A stretch of DNA of 64,000 nucleotides from Octopus sinensis (taxonomy: Eukaryota). The stretch's first letter is position 1. Every line of letters starts with the position of its first letter. Below, piece after piece: positions 28,001 through 40,722 of the stretch. A program made the position numbers and the translations under genes. Location of the stretch: the NCBI RefSeq assembly GCF_006345805.1, contig NC_043016.1:22196001-22260000 (forward strand), in the 5' to 3' direction. Below the pieces are notes generated by a model. That model saw only the letters and a program-made list of their open reading frames with translations. It was not told the origin of the DNA and made no database searches.

Positions 28001-28770
28001 CACTATAAAGTCAGTCAGTCATTGTAGTAGGTCAGTAGTAGCAGAGTCATTGTGTGAGGTCTCAGTTGGAGCCAGTGCTAGTTTCGTGATATATACAAGT
28101 TCAAGTTATCATCAGGGTAGACATTTCAAACTTGTCTTGCAGAGCTATCAGCTATAGCACAATATACGAGTCAAAGATAAGATGTGGAATACCGCCACAT
28201 CATAATAGTGGCGACAAGAATATTATAGTGCTGGCAACAACACACAAGTGGGTGAGGATCCACATTATAACAACTCATAAGCATGGTTCCAAGAAACTTG
28301 AACTTCTCCATTGTCTCATTGATGTTCCCTTAACATGTAGAGTCCACTGAAGCACTCAGCAGTGAACCCATTCAGTGCATGCTGGAGATCACCTTTTGAT
28401 TATCCTAGTAGCACCATGGCATCTGTGAATATCAGCCAAACAATCCTACACCCACTGATGATTGTAATTCTACTTCCTCAACTGGTACACACATCAATCC
28501 AGTTCATAAAAATTATGAAATGGAGAGATAACAATACACCACTGCTGAAATCCAACACCCACCAAGAAGATTCTCCTGTATTTAGAACTCTATCCCTTAT
28601 CCTCCTTTTTAAAAATTAGGATTATCACTCTGGATTGCCATTGCTTTGGTGTCTAGCCAGAGAATTCTATCTCTATTTAAGGCTTTTAACATCTCAGACT
28701 AAATTTCATCCTCTCCAGCAGCTTTTCCACATTTGAGTGCTTTAATAGCCTCTTTGACTTCAGTTTCTGT
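25030..28770 (-). mobile_element. Old RTE-like LINE remnant split by the Gypsy element
   Basis: Right flank (minus strand) gives LIFTDAMVLL.xSKGDLQHALNGF, similar to LLFADDVVLL...DLQHALxRF. The left flank looks like its continuation but is heavily decayed. Confidence 0.55.
25633..28272 (+). mobile_element. Gypsy/Ty3 LTR retrotransposon (Mag/K02A2.6-like), internally deleted
   Basis: TG...CA LTRs at 25633-25955 and 27949-28272; PBS-like GTGGCAATAAG; purine tract before the 3' LTR; 5-bp TSD AATCA/ACTCA. Gag (FKYDPEEGITF), protease (IDTGSDI) and RT (YPLP, KLDLSNVYLQI, YLDDIL) are visible. No RNase H or integrase seen. Confidence 0.92.
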
Positions 28771-29206
28771 TTAAGATTAGTCTTCACTTTATTTATCTAT
28801 ATATTTGTGTGTGTGTGTGTATAGACAGAGAGAGAGAGAAAAAAAGAAAGAGTCAACAAATGAGATCCAGAGATGCTCAATATAGAAAACACCTAGTAGT
28901 GCTGAAATAATTTGAACTTACACTCTAAAATCTTTACCAAGGACTTAGTCTGCTGAGTAAAGAGTGGCTATAAGATGGATCCAGGTGAGCAGATATGGCT
29001 CGATATATAAAATATACATGCAGGTATGCATTTAAATAGAGAGAAAACAAAGACTGAAAATATTCATGTATAAATATAGAGATATATATTAACAGAGCAA
29101 ACTTATACAGAGTTCAAAGACACAAAAAATTAAGCTACGACACATTAGTCATCTGTTTCTGGAGGCTTAGAATTATGTTATAATGTTGACAGTGACCACG
29201 TTCCTT

Positions 29207-29515
29207 TCAAGAGTTGGGCCTCACAGAGCCAATGACCAAGACCTTTGGCATTATATCATGCTTGACAAGAAGACTTATTAAAGCAAAATTACAGTTGTGG
29301 TAGATACCGCTGTCACACAAATGGCACCCATGCAGGTGGCACATAAAAGCACCCATTACACTCTTGTGATGGTTGGCAATAGGAAAGGTATCCAGCTGTA
29401 GAAAACCATGCCAAATCAGACTGGAGTCTGGTGCAACCTTCCAGCTTACCAGCACTGGTCAAACCGTCCAACCCATGCCAGCATGGACAACAGGCGTTAA
29501 ATGATGATGATGATG
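29207..29515 (+). mobile_element. Family B SINE-like repeat with longer 5' portion
   Basis: Reverse-complement match to 42481-42830; (GAT)n tail. Confidence 0.8.
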
Positions 29516-29854
29516 GTGCAACCAGTAGTGAAAGCATAAAAACATTAGGTAAATCTGGCCTCAATCTTCAGGGTGGAGAGATAGATACCAGACTATACCA
29601 GGTTGTATTGTATATACATACATATATACATTAATATATAGATGCATGATTCACACATAAGTACATGTGTGTGTGTGTGTCTTTGCATTGATACCACTTG
29701 AGTGGTGATGATGTTTATGTTTCCTGTACACAATATGTCAGCAGTTTCAACATGCAATGACCAGTGGAATAAAAAATATATTACTTGAAAAGCAAGGATT
29801 GACAACAGGAGGGGCATCCAGCTGCAGAATACTGCCCTAATAAGTTTCATTCAA

Positions 29855-31016
29855 CTGTGTTGAGTGAAAAAGTTAAGCATTAGAGGGATTAAATGTAGCA
29901 TGCAGGAGAGGAGACTGTTGGTTTGGGCATGTGATGCATATGAGTCAAGACAGCTGTATACAAAAATGCCTACCACTGAAAGTTGATGGTACCTGTGGAG
30001 GAGGGAGACCCAGGAAGACATGGCATGAAATGGTGAGGACTGATCTCAGAATGTTAGAGCTCATGGACGAAATGACAATGGACTGAAATGTTTGGATTAT
30101 GAGGTTCTAAAGAAGACCCACCACATCAGCAAAACTGAGTGCTAGAAGTGTTGTGTCTCACCCACATGTAACAATAAACTTTTCACGCACCCTACCCAAG
30201 AAACCAATCTACATCTCTTCTAAACTGTATCTTACTTTTCCTCACATTTCCACTTCATAATCTATGATTGTCTCCCACTCCCCTTCCCTGCCCTGCTCAC
30301 TCTATTGCTGCTTTCCTCCCACCCCATCTTTATACCCAGGTTTTTGCCAGTCACTGCAATCCCCACACCCTACTCACACCTTGGCAATACCTGACCATGT
30401 ATATTATGATCCCCCACACCTTGAGGGCATGCTCTGATAATTACTGCCATTTATCTCCCTCTTCCTTACTCTGCCATCACATCTATTTCTGTCCTCTTTC
30501 TTGTACCCCCACTCTCTCTCTCTCTTTCTCTCACTCTCTCCTCTCTCTCTTCTCTCTCTCACCTTGCTTCCTTTCTCTCGTCATATAACCATGTACCTCC
30601 TGTTTCTGCCTCCCTATTTCTCTGTCACTCTCTAACCTTTCATCAGCTGACACAAGATCCCTCCTCCAAAGCCCCCTGTCTCAAAATTCCTTGTCTTGCA
30701 AGTTACCTGGTGACCCTGCCAGTGCTGGTGCCAAATAAAAGCATCCAATCTACACTGTAAAGTGGTTAGCATTTGGAAGGGCATCCAGTTGTAAAAATCA
30801 TGCCAAAATTTACCTTGCCCATGCTAATGCCACATAAAAAACACTTAGTCCACTCTGTGGAGTGGTTGGTGTTAGGAAGGGCATCCAACCATAAAAACCC
30901 TATCAAAACAAACACAGTAGCCTGGGATAGTCTTCCACTTGGCTGGCTCCTGTCAACCGTCCTATATATGCATACATGGGAGTTAGATGTTAAACAATGA
31001 TGATGATGATGATGAT
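29855..31016 (+). mobile_element. RTE-type LINE 3' end with 3'UTR
   Basis: CSMQERRL, LKVDGTCGGGRPRKTW, a pyrimidine-rich spacer, a doubled GGAAGGGCATCCA motif and a (GAT)n tail. Confidence 0.82.
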
Positions 31017-31323
31017 GTACCAAATCTATTCAAGACTTAGTGTGTGTGTTTGTGTGTTATTTAGTATATGTATTTTATTGTATCCTTGGAATTAACTATA
31101 TTATTAAGACAATAGGGTGTGATTTGCTTTAGATCATCTTAACAGACCAAGTAACTAGACAGAGACATTCACATCAACTCTGGTATTTGATATATAATTT
31201 GTTTAGTACATGACTAGTATACATACTAGGATTGCATAAAGTTTCACAAACAAAATTTTTCTATTAACTTTATTGAAGATAAAGTAAATTTTTGTGAATT
31301 TCTTGCTTGTTGATTTTTTGTAG

Positions 31324-31418
31324 GATGAAGTACTTCAGTTAATTAGGAAAGTTGATGACAACTGGTTGGAAGGAAGAAGAGGAGACAAAATTGGAATTTT
31401 CCCACTTCATTTGTTGAG
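31324..31418 (+). CDS. SH3RF1: POSH exon 5 (SH3 #2), one base short
   Basis: TGTAG acceptor; [27 protein letters not shown], then TSFVE in a shifted frame; donor GAG|GTAATA. The exon is 95 nt where 96 are needed. Confidence 0.92.
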
Positions 31419-32114
31419 GTAATAACTACAAATAATATTCTCTCTTTCTCTCATGCTACACAGAATACATGGATCTGATAACACTGGTATTGTATGAGTA
31501 GCAAATAGAATGTGTTGTACATTATAATATGACACCTTGAACTTTGTTAAAAAAGGAAAAATTGAAGTAAATCCCATAGTGGAATACTGCTCCCACATCT
31601 GCAACAGTTCCTCTGCCACTTTTAGATATTGTGAGCCACACCCCAAAGATTAGTCTTTTATTTTTAGGGTCAGAAAATAATCCAGTTGGCAAGTGTCTAA
31701 AATGCTCAAGTAAAAACCATATCAGAATACTCCAGCATCTATTGTTACACACAAGCATTCTAAACTATATCCAAAACACTAAGACTACTCTATGGACTCT
31801 ACACCGCTAAACTAGCAACTTACATAGAACCTTTACATAAGCTGTGCACCAGTCTCTCTCTTCTTCTCATCACTCATATTGTATCTCACAGTTTAGACTC
31901 ACCACTAACCATTTCATTCAGTCCATCTCCTCCCATACACACACATGCACATACACACACAACCCTGAACTGTATCGATTCTCTCCTTATCTCTTTTTCA
32001 GTCCCTTCAGTCATTCAGTTTAGACATCAATGACATCAATGTTGCCCATCTCAAAGGGCTTTTTTCTACTGGCTGAACCATTTAAAATGCTTACTCCTTC
32101 ACACACATTATGAA

Positions 32115-32650
32115 TAGGCACAGGCTGTGTGGCAAGAAGTTTGCTTCCTGGTTTCAGGTTCAGTTCTACTACATAACACCTTGGAGAAGTATCTCCTACT
32201 ATAACCCAAGTCGAACAAAGCCATGTCAGTGGATTTGATTGATGAAAACTGAAAGATGCCTGTCATGTATGTCTGTATGTGTGTGTGTGCATTTGTATAT
32301 GTGTATGTGTTACTGTCTCCATACCTTGTCTTTGTGTGATAGTTGTAAATGAGTATCAGCAAGCAGTGTGCTTTGTTCTGAGTCTTCCATGAAGCTATAA
32401 TTGGTCATTGGAAAATATTACCTTACTTGGAAACAGGAAGGGCACCTGGCAGGAGAAAATTCAGTGGTGATGATTATGTGTTCATGCATCATCATCATCA
32501 TCATCATCATCGTTTAGCGTCCGTTTTCCATGCTAGCATGGGTTGGACGGTTCTACTGGGGTCTGTGAAGCCAGAAGGCTTCATCAGGCCCAGTCAAATC
32601 TGGCAGTGTTTCTACAGCTGGATGCCCTTCCTAATGCCAACCACTCTGTG
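32115..32650. mobile_element. Family A SINE fragment (+) followed by family B fragment (-, 32488-32646)
   Basis: GGCTGTGTGGCAAGAAG...GGTTCAGTTC head, then (CAT)n CGTTTAGCGTCCGTTTTCCATGCTAGCATG. Confidence 0.75.
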
Positions 32651-33045
32651 TTACCATTTTACATCTACTTTCCACGAGTCAGACACGTCTCACTCATAAA
32701 TTTCATTTTTGGGATGGTTTCTACACCTGGATGCTCTTCCTAGCACCAGCCACTTCTTACATTCCGTATTCGTACATTTTATCATGGTACCATCACTAGT
32801 GGAGTTGCCTTGCACCCACTAAGACTAAAGGATCCTCACTACTCAACAGTGTTTTTGTCCAAAGCAACATAATCACAAATGTGAATTGAAAAAAGAGTGA
32901 ACCAGAGAGGCTGAAAGAAGCATGTGTACAGTGGGGTGGGGGAAAGTGTAGTTGGAATGAGAGAGTGGTAGAGAAGGGAATAATAGAAGAAAGAGACAGT
33001 ACTCTATATCATTTTCATCTTGCCTTATTCTTTTTCTTTTGACAG

Positions 33046-33086
33046 CTAAATGAGGCTGCAAAGCTTCTGGTTTCTTCAAGAACTAG
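33046..33086 (+). CDS. SH3RF1: POSH exon 6
   Basis: GACAG acceptor after a pyrimidine tract; LNEAAKLLVSSRT matches the post-SH3#2 xNxAAKxL motif of POSH; donor AG|GTAGGT, phase 2. Confidence 0.88.
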
Positions 33087-34957
33087 GTAGGTACCCTACT
33101 TTTATTGGAAATTTTAAAATGATGTTGCTTTCTTATATATTTCTATTAATTATATAAAAACTGAGGTGACTCCTACTTGTTGTTTTCCCTGTGTCGGTCT
33201 TGATCCAGCAGACCTCTATGTAATCAAGGATTCTGCACATTATTTTTAGTATGTCCTTCCTTAATTCTTGTTGTTGCTTAGCTCCTTGGTCTGGGTTCAG
33301 CAGACCTATTCATAATCAAGCATGTTCTAACCTTGAACATTCCAGCTTTTGTTCAGTGTATTAAAAAGTACCTTATATTCAATGTTATGTGTCCTTAATT
33401 CCTGTTGTTACTTGATCCTGATTTAGTGAACTTGTTATTAAAGTTATTCCAGCATGACCATCCCGTGTTTTTTTTTACATTTTTCAAGTACAATGTATTT
33501 ATAACTACATCATTTATTGAGTTTTTTCTAGTGACAATAAGGTATGATTTAACTGAGATTTGGTTGCTATTTCTTTCAAGTTGAATGAAAATGTAGAAGC
33601 TTTCTCATTTACTTGTATCTTAAGGAATACAATTAATCAGTTCTTTACACTATTAACCTCATCTTTAGTGATGAAAAGTAAAAAGGGCATCAAGTTGCAG
33701 AAACCTTGCCAAAGCAGACATTGGAGTCTGACACAGCCCTCTGGCTCATCAATTACTGCCAAACTATCCAATCCTTGCCAGCATGGAAAAAGGGTGTTAA
33801 ATGATGATGATGAGAAAGAGGATATCCACATTATATTTTGCTTGGTTTGATCTTCAATCATCATCAGGTCTTTTATTCTTGGATATGTACATGGCATCAA
33901 ACTAATTGAAATTATATTTGTAAACTGAGAGTGAGTAATAATCCATAACTCTATAGATTACTACTCACTCTCAATTTACTAACATATATGAATCTTCTAA
34001 TTATTTATTTTGTTTAAACCTAGCTCATCTTTTGGTCAAGCAAACCATTCCTGATCATCCCATTTTTTTAAGCATATTATACCCAGGCTACTTTATTTAA
34101 TATATACTTTCCAAAATGGTATGGTAGGATTTTGAGGGAGATTTGACTGCTGTTTCTTGCATGTCAAGTGTCTATGCAGAAGCTGACTTGTAAATTAATA
34201 TTAATGACTGACAGAGTAGTTTATTCCATAGAGACTCAAACTTCTGAATTTAAAAAAAAAGTTTATGTAAGGATTAATAGTTGCCCTGTTAAAATGATAT
34301 CAGAAATTATAAATGCTCTTTCAAACAGAAAAAAGCAACCAACTTACTGACAGAATTGATTTGATTCGTGGGTTTATTATAGTCACTTATACTGAATTGC
34401 AATAGTACATTTACCATGTTGGATATAAGAGTATATGATATTTATGTGTGTCATAGTCTATCCTGCTATTCTAAGTAATTAACCAATTTCTTTGTTGTGT
34501 CTGGGGAGAGTCACACTGCCTTAACACCTTAATATGTAACACATTCACCAGTTCAGTTTCTACTCATTTATTTTTTATTTTTTATTCCAACATATGAATT
34601 CACATAAAGAATCTTGCAAACCAGATACAAAAATGAAGTAACCAATTTTGTTGAATAAGATGGGATGGTCATGGTTAGAACACCTCTGGTCATAGGCCTG
34701 CTGAAACTAGGCTAACCTGAAGCTAAGCAATAATAAGGAAGGACATATTGGATAATATGTCCACTGTATCTGAACATAAGATAGATGGGTCATGACTGGA
34801 ATAGCTTTGATCATAGGTCTTCTAGGTCAAGCTTGACCAGGGTTAAACAGCTGATACTAGAATAATGATGAATATCATAATAAATTAACATTGCAGTTTT
34901 TCTCCATCATTTAGAATTTGAAATTGTTTTCTTTTTTTCTTCACTTTTACAACTCAG

Positions 34958-35384
34958 TCGCTCAGTGTCTACTTCCTCGGAAGGAAATTCAAGTACTGCT
35001 GGAAGCAGTAGGACAACATCTACGCCCTCACCTTCTGCTCGTCAAAGTTTACAATTCCAGAAGCTATGGTATCACTACCAGCAACAGCGTGTAGCCCTTC
35101 CTCCACCATCGAGTACTTCTGCTGCAGCTGCTGCGACTTCAGCACCACCACTGCCACCAAATTCTTCACTTGCTGCAATGCAGAAGAGGCACTCGTTCAC
35201 AGCTACATCACATACCCATTCTGCAGGTTCTTCACCTACAATCCAACAGCGAAGATCTCTAGAACTATCTCCAAGCTCTGGAGCCTTGCCGTTAAATTCT
35301 CCATTACATGTCACTTTGCCTCCACCTCCAGCCCCAGCAAGCTGTTCTTCCAGTATGAATCCTGCAAAACTTGTGCCCCATTTG
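34958..35384 (+). CDS. SH3RF1: POSH exon 7 (Ser/Pro-rich linker with KRHSFT and RRSLELS motifs)
   Basis: CTCAG acceptor, phase 2. The open frame contains KRHSFT (conserved in SH3RF proteins) and RRSLELS (cf. RHSMEIS). Donor TTG|GTAAAT, phase 0. Confidence 0.9.
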
Positions 35385-36404
35385 GTAAATATGTTTTTTT
35401 CTATTAAATCTAATTAAAATCTCTTTCAAATCACACATGAGTCTCTTAAAAATAAGGAAAGACTTATTTAATAATGCAATCCAAATTAGTATATGTATGT
35501 ATATATATATATATATATATATACTACGACATAAGAATATAAATTTTTGGTTTATTCCCTGCTTCATCTACTTATCAGCCTTGAACACTTGTTCTTCATT
35601 CATTATATTCACCCCTTCCATTTCCTTCTCTCACTCTTCCACTCACTTTTGCAACTGCTACTCACCCATGTACCTGGCTCTTCTTCCTCCATCCACTTCT
35701 ACTCACCTTCTACTTGAAGGTTCCACCTAGACACTTTATCACCATTATTTTATGTTTCTTGACCTATTCAGTATAACAGCTATATTCTCCCTTAATCCTA
35801 GCATTTAAACTGGCCATAGCCAACCCAAATATTCTGCCCATTTATGTTCAAACTGACCAGACCCAGCCTCTTACACCTTATCCTACAATGTCACTCTAAA
35901 AATAAACAATCACACCATCAAAATTTCAAAGCTACAAGATAAGTCGTGATTAATTCAAAATAATGTGAATTAGTAAGCATTACATTTGACAGAGTAATTT
36001 GAATGCTTTAAAATTGCGAGTGTGTGAGCCAGAAAGAGATTTTCTGTCTATTCACGTTACTTTTCTCAATGTTTCAATATTCTCAATGTATCTCATTAAA
36101 CCACAACATATTAACTTTAAACTAGTCATGAGGCTTCAATGTAGTCTTTTCACATGTACAATAATAAAACCAGATCTCCTTCAATTAACTCTTTACTCTT
36201 TAAAATAGAGATAACTCAGTCCTGTAATATGACATGCTTAATGGAAGCAACTAAATCTTCATAAACAAATTGCTAAGATGAGGTTAAAAAGTTGGAAAAG
36301 GCATCTTATTACTAACAACTTGCCAAAGATAATGCATTGAACTTCTATATGTACAAACCATTCACAAATATTTTGTACCATCTCACATTTTCATCCAATT
36401 TCAG

Positions 36405-36496
36405 GACACTTATGGTAATAAGTCTGGAGAAGAGGGAAAGCCAAGCAGTGCAGAGATCAATGCAGCCAGTCCACCACATTTTGGAAAGAATGTCAT
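36405..36496 (+). CDS. SH3RF1: POSH exon 8 (linker before SH3 #3)
   Basis: TTTCAG acceptor; DTYGNKSGEEGKPSSAEINAASPPHFGKNV(I); donor AT|GTAAGG. Its 92 nt bridge phase 0 (exon 7) to phase 2 (exon 9), which otherwise do not join in frame. Confidence 0.78.
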
Positions 36497-38166
36497 GTAA
36501 GGAATATATAATTTTACTCTCAATATACCATCTTTATTTTGATATATTTACCTCTTTCTCTTTTCATGCTAATCATCTTACTCTCTTTTCTTCCTAATTA
36601 CTTCTCTTTCCTTTGCTAATTAGCTCTCTTTCTCTTTCTTTGTGATAATTATATCTCTCTCTCTCTCTCTCTTTCTCTCATTGCTAATTAGCTCCACTCT
36701 TATTATTGCCTCTTCTTTTCTTTTTCTTGCTAATTATTGCTCTCTCTCTGTCAAGACTTGCCTCTATTCTCCCCACCTCCATAAAACCTACATAGGTAAC
36801 ATAGTCATTAACAAAGCAATTAAATCTTCAAAAGTTACTAAAAGTGCTGGCCATCACATTTTCTGGCTCTCTGCATTCTATAAGCTCAAGTACAACCCAC
36901 AAAGGAGTTCTTGATCTTGTCTATGGAGTGATGTAGCATTACTACACATACACTCTGTCTCTTTTATACACAATGTGCTCACACACACACATATACACAC
37001 ATCTAAATTGCATTGCATAGGTTAATCTTCTGCTTCAACTGAACTTCCTGAAATTATATAACAACATCCTGTATCAATATATAGTAATATTAGATATCAT
37101 ATTCATCAATTTTAACAATAGAAAGAGAGTAATAGGTACTGATAACACTTTATCCACTTATCATTTGCCGGGTGACCATGTTAATTATTCATAATTTGGT
37201 TTAGGAGGTTATTTCTTGTTGAAAACGTTACACCTGTCTTGAGTTATTTGTAAAATAATCTATACTTCATGAAATCTCTCTCCAATTACACCCAATTGTT
37301 TTTTAAAAAACTATGTCACATTGTACAATGTCATCCTTAAGAAATAAAATGGGTTAGTAACTGCTTTTGATCATAGGTGTGCTCTGTGTGATGAAAATTA
37401 AAAGAGTAAGAAAAAATTTATAAAACTACTGTCAATTTTATTCTGTGTTGGTTAGTAAGACATGGTCTCCTTTTTATATGTAAACTGAGACGTATGTGTG
37501 TGTGTGTGTGTGTGTAGCTGTTGCACCATCCAAATGTTGCATCAGTAGCCCAGTATGAGTTTTACATGAGGCTTTGTAGATCAGCAACTTAATCAGGTCT
37601 AAAGTATTTTGCAGTCCTAAAGAGAAAGCTTAGTATTTGGAATCCAGTTTTAGGTGTATTTGTTTGTCACCAGGAAAGCTCATTGTGAGACTTAAGGCTT
37701 AAGTTGTACTAATGAGTGTGCAGTACATGATTAGTTCTCTGAGATATATGTATGTATGTATGCAGGTAGGCAGGCAGGTAGATACCATTAAAGGTAGAGA
37801 TAGAAATGGTAGAGTGAAGAGACAGTATAGATACATATGAGCTAATGGTTGTAATGTTTCTTTGTAAACTAGTGGCTTTCTTTTCAATACTGAGTAGTTA
37901 CAGCAACACCACCCTTTAGCCTTTATCCCATTATGGGTGTTATTTGAGCTTTGTAGAAGGCTGGTAACTGATTATAGCTGCAGTGTTTTCTGGACTGAAG
38001 AAGCAGGCTTGTTTTTGGTATGCACTTTTGCTATGTTAATTGTGTTAGATCTCCAGCAACTTGCAGTGTTTTGATAGTATGTTGTTCATAAGAGATGATA
38101 AAGTACAGAACTGTGTGTTACATGTACCTGTATTAAATTCTTCTCTTATCTCCTTGTCTCTTTCAG

Positions 38167-38334
38167 ATATTCGGCTCTTTACAATTACAAGCCGCAGAAA
38201 GATGATGAAGTTGAGTTACATAAAGGTGATCAGTACACTGTTACCGAAAAATGCCAAGATGGCTGGTATAAAGGTTGTTGTTTGAAAACTGGAATCAGTG
38301 GAGTTTTCCCAGGGAACTATGTTCAAATTTCCAG
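38167..38334 (+). CDS. SH3RF1: POSH exon 9 (SH3 #3)
   Basis: TTTCAG acceptor; YSALYNYKPQKDDEVELHKGDQYTVTEKCQDGWYKGCCLKTGISGVFPGNYVQIS; donor AG|GTAAAG. Confidence 0.96.
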
Positions 38335-39929
38335 GTAAAGAGTATCTGATTGTTATTGTTATTTAGGTCCAAGTCAAACTCAATCAAGCACTCCTGTAAT
38401 CAAAAACATTTCAGCCAATTATTCAGATATCATGTATCTAATTGTCTTTGTAAGGCAATACAGTGTGATTTGAAGAAGATTTGACTTATATTTCTAACAA
38501 ACAAGTTCCTTTGCTGACTCTTACTTTTAGAGTGTGTAGTAGACCTAGTATGTATGTTATCTCATATATCTCATGCATGCTACAACTATAGACTATATTA
38601 TTCAATATGCTTCCTTACGTAAAGGAGCCAGATATGATTTGAGGGAGATTTGGCTGATGTTTTCCGCATGTCTTGTAGCAAAGAACCTTGTTTGGTTATT
38701 ATTGTAAATAGATGTAAAGATGTGGAAAACAAGAAAACCAAGCTAAATACATATATTTTTCAGTTTAGTTAGTTCCATTGATGATTTTTGCCTTTTGCAC
38801 CTGCCACTCATTAACCCTAGGCCCCTAATATCAACAGAACTCCTTTGCTGTTGCTATTGTTATTCATACTGTGGATTGGTAGAATCAGTTGAGTATCAGA
38901 CATGCCTTTGCAATATCTAGCTACCACAAAATTCAAACTCTGCTTGGGTGTTTGCTGTTCATCCTTCCAGCATCCATGCAGTAATTCTGATTTCAAATTT
39001 TGCCATGGTCAGCTTTACTTTTATGTCTCTAGCTTCAAACCAATCTTCCTTAGTCAGTGCCACCTTCCATCAGCTTCTGTATTACTACTCACTTCTCTCA
39101 CAAAGTGCCCTTATATCTTTTTTCCATTCCATTTTCTTTCATCTTACTATTTTATTCTTTGTACTCATCTGTCTCCACTCAAATAACTGACCTGACTATA
39201 CTAGATATTCTCACCTGAACCAGCAATGGTTCTCTTGATATACCCCCACCCACAAATTATTTTCTTGAGCATATACAACTTTCGCAGCTGATTATTATTA
39301 TAATTATAAGGGAAGTTGGCAGAACTATTAATGTGCTGGACTATATGCTTTATGCTTAGCAGCATTTTGTCCGTCTGTATGTCCCAAGTTCAAATTCTGC
39401 TGAGGTTACCTTTGATTTCATCCTTTTAAGATCAATTAAAAATAAATACGAGTTGAGCACTGGAGTTGATGTAATCAACTAACACTTCCCCCAAAATTTT
39501 AGGTCCCTTGTATCTATAATAGAAAGGATTATTATTATCATCATCATCATTATAATTATTCATACATAGCAGTTGATTATCAGTTGTTAGAGACAGATAA
39601 ATTGCTTTGGGTTATTCACTCCTTCCTCCTCCCCTCTCTCTCTTCAAATCCCTTATTATTTTAGGTTAGTGGATCAACAGTATTGTTAGGTCATCAGGCA
39701 AAATGCCTTGTCCTGAGTTTATATCTTACCCTCGTGAACTTTGCTTTTCATCCTTTCAAGGTCAATAAAATAAAATACCAGTCAAGTACTGGGGTTAGCA
39801 GAATCAACAAAACTTATCTTTTCAAAGTTGTTGGCCTAAATAAGAAACCCTTTTCTCTTATTATTATTGTTGTGGTTGTTATTATTATTATTGCTATTAT
39901 TATTATTATTATCATCGTCTCTTTTGTAG

Positions 39930-40722
39930 ATCTGCAAATTATTTTGGTGCAGCCCACTCTAGAACGAAGGATATGCCTTCTTCACCTTCATTGTCATCAG
40001 ATATAAGTGATTCCCCTAGCTCAATGTTCTTCAGCTCACCACCACCTCCATGCAGTGGCAATGCTGACACACCACCACCAGCACCTCCACCAGCTACCGT
40101 TTTCCAACCACACCTCCGCTCCAGTGGCTCACTCTCTACAAGTTGTACTTCTTCGGGGACAAGCAGTGGTACAGGACCACACCGTTCAGCTGTAACTAGC
40201 ACTGCAGTGCTGCCAACACGATCACGTGCACTGCATTCAACATCATCATCAGCACCCTCCACTTCCTCATCTATACTGGCTGCTGCTTACAGCAGCAGTA
40301 ACAACAACAATAACAATAATAACAATAATATTAATAATAATAATAGCACTGTTACTACTACCACCACCACAACTACCACAGGTACTGCCACTAGCAGCAG
40401 AATTGGTGCACCATCATCTTCATCCATAGTTATACCTTCAATGCAGATTGCAACAAACTCAACTCCCGAAAGCAGTTCTGCAAAAGTTCACCATTCACCC
40501 GCTGCAGCTGGTACACCAGCAAGTGCAAAGAATTCAGGTGCAAGTGTAGTCGCTGCCACACACCATGCTCAAAATGTTAATCCTCCTCGAAGGATTGTGG
40601 ATTTCGCCTTCTCGCCGATGCAACATTCCATGTCAGCTACTGCTAATACCACAACCCCACCTAATGTTGTAGCTGGACTTACACCTAGTTCGTCATCGAC
40701 ACATCACAGCTCAAAAGAAAAG
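39930..40722 (+). CDS. SH3RF1: POSH exon 10 (long low-complexity S/P/T/N linker)
   Basis: TGTAG acceptor, phase 2; 793-nt open frame (ORF 39973-40734) with poly-P, poly-N and poly-T runs; donor AAG|GTAAGA, phase 0. Confidence 0.9.

Noticed and set aside
35040-35115. Alternative frame IPEAMVSLPATACSPSST in exon 7 suggesting another compensated indel pair
   Set aside because: The main frame is open, and the region is too poorly conserved to decide.
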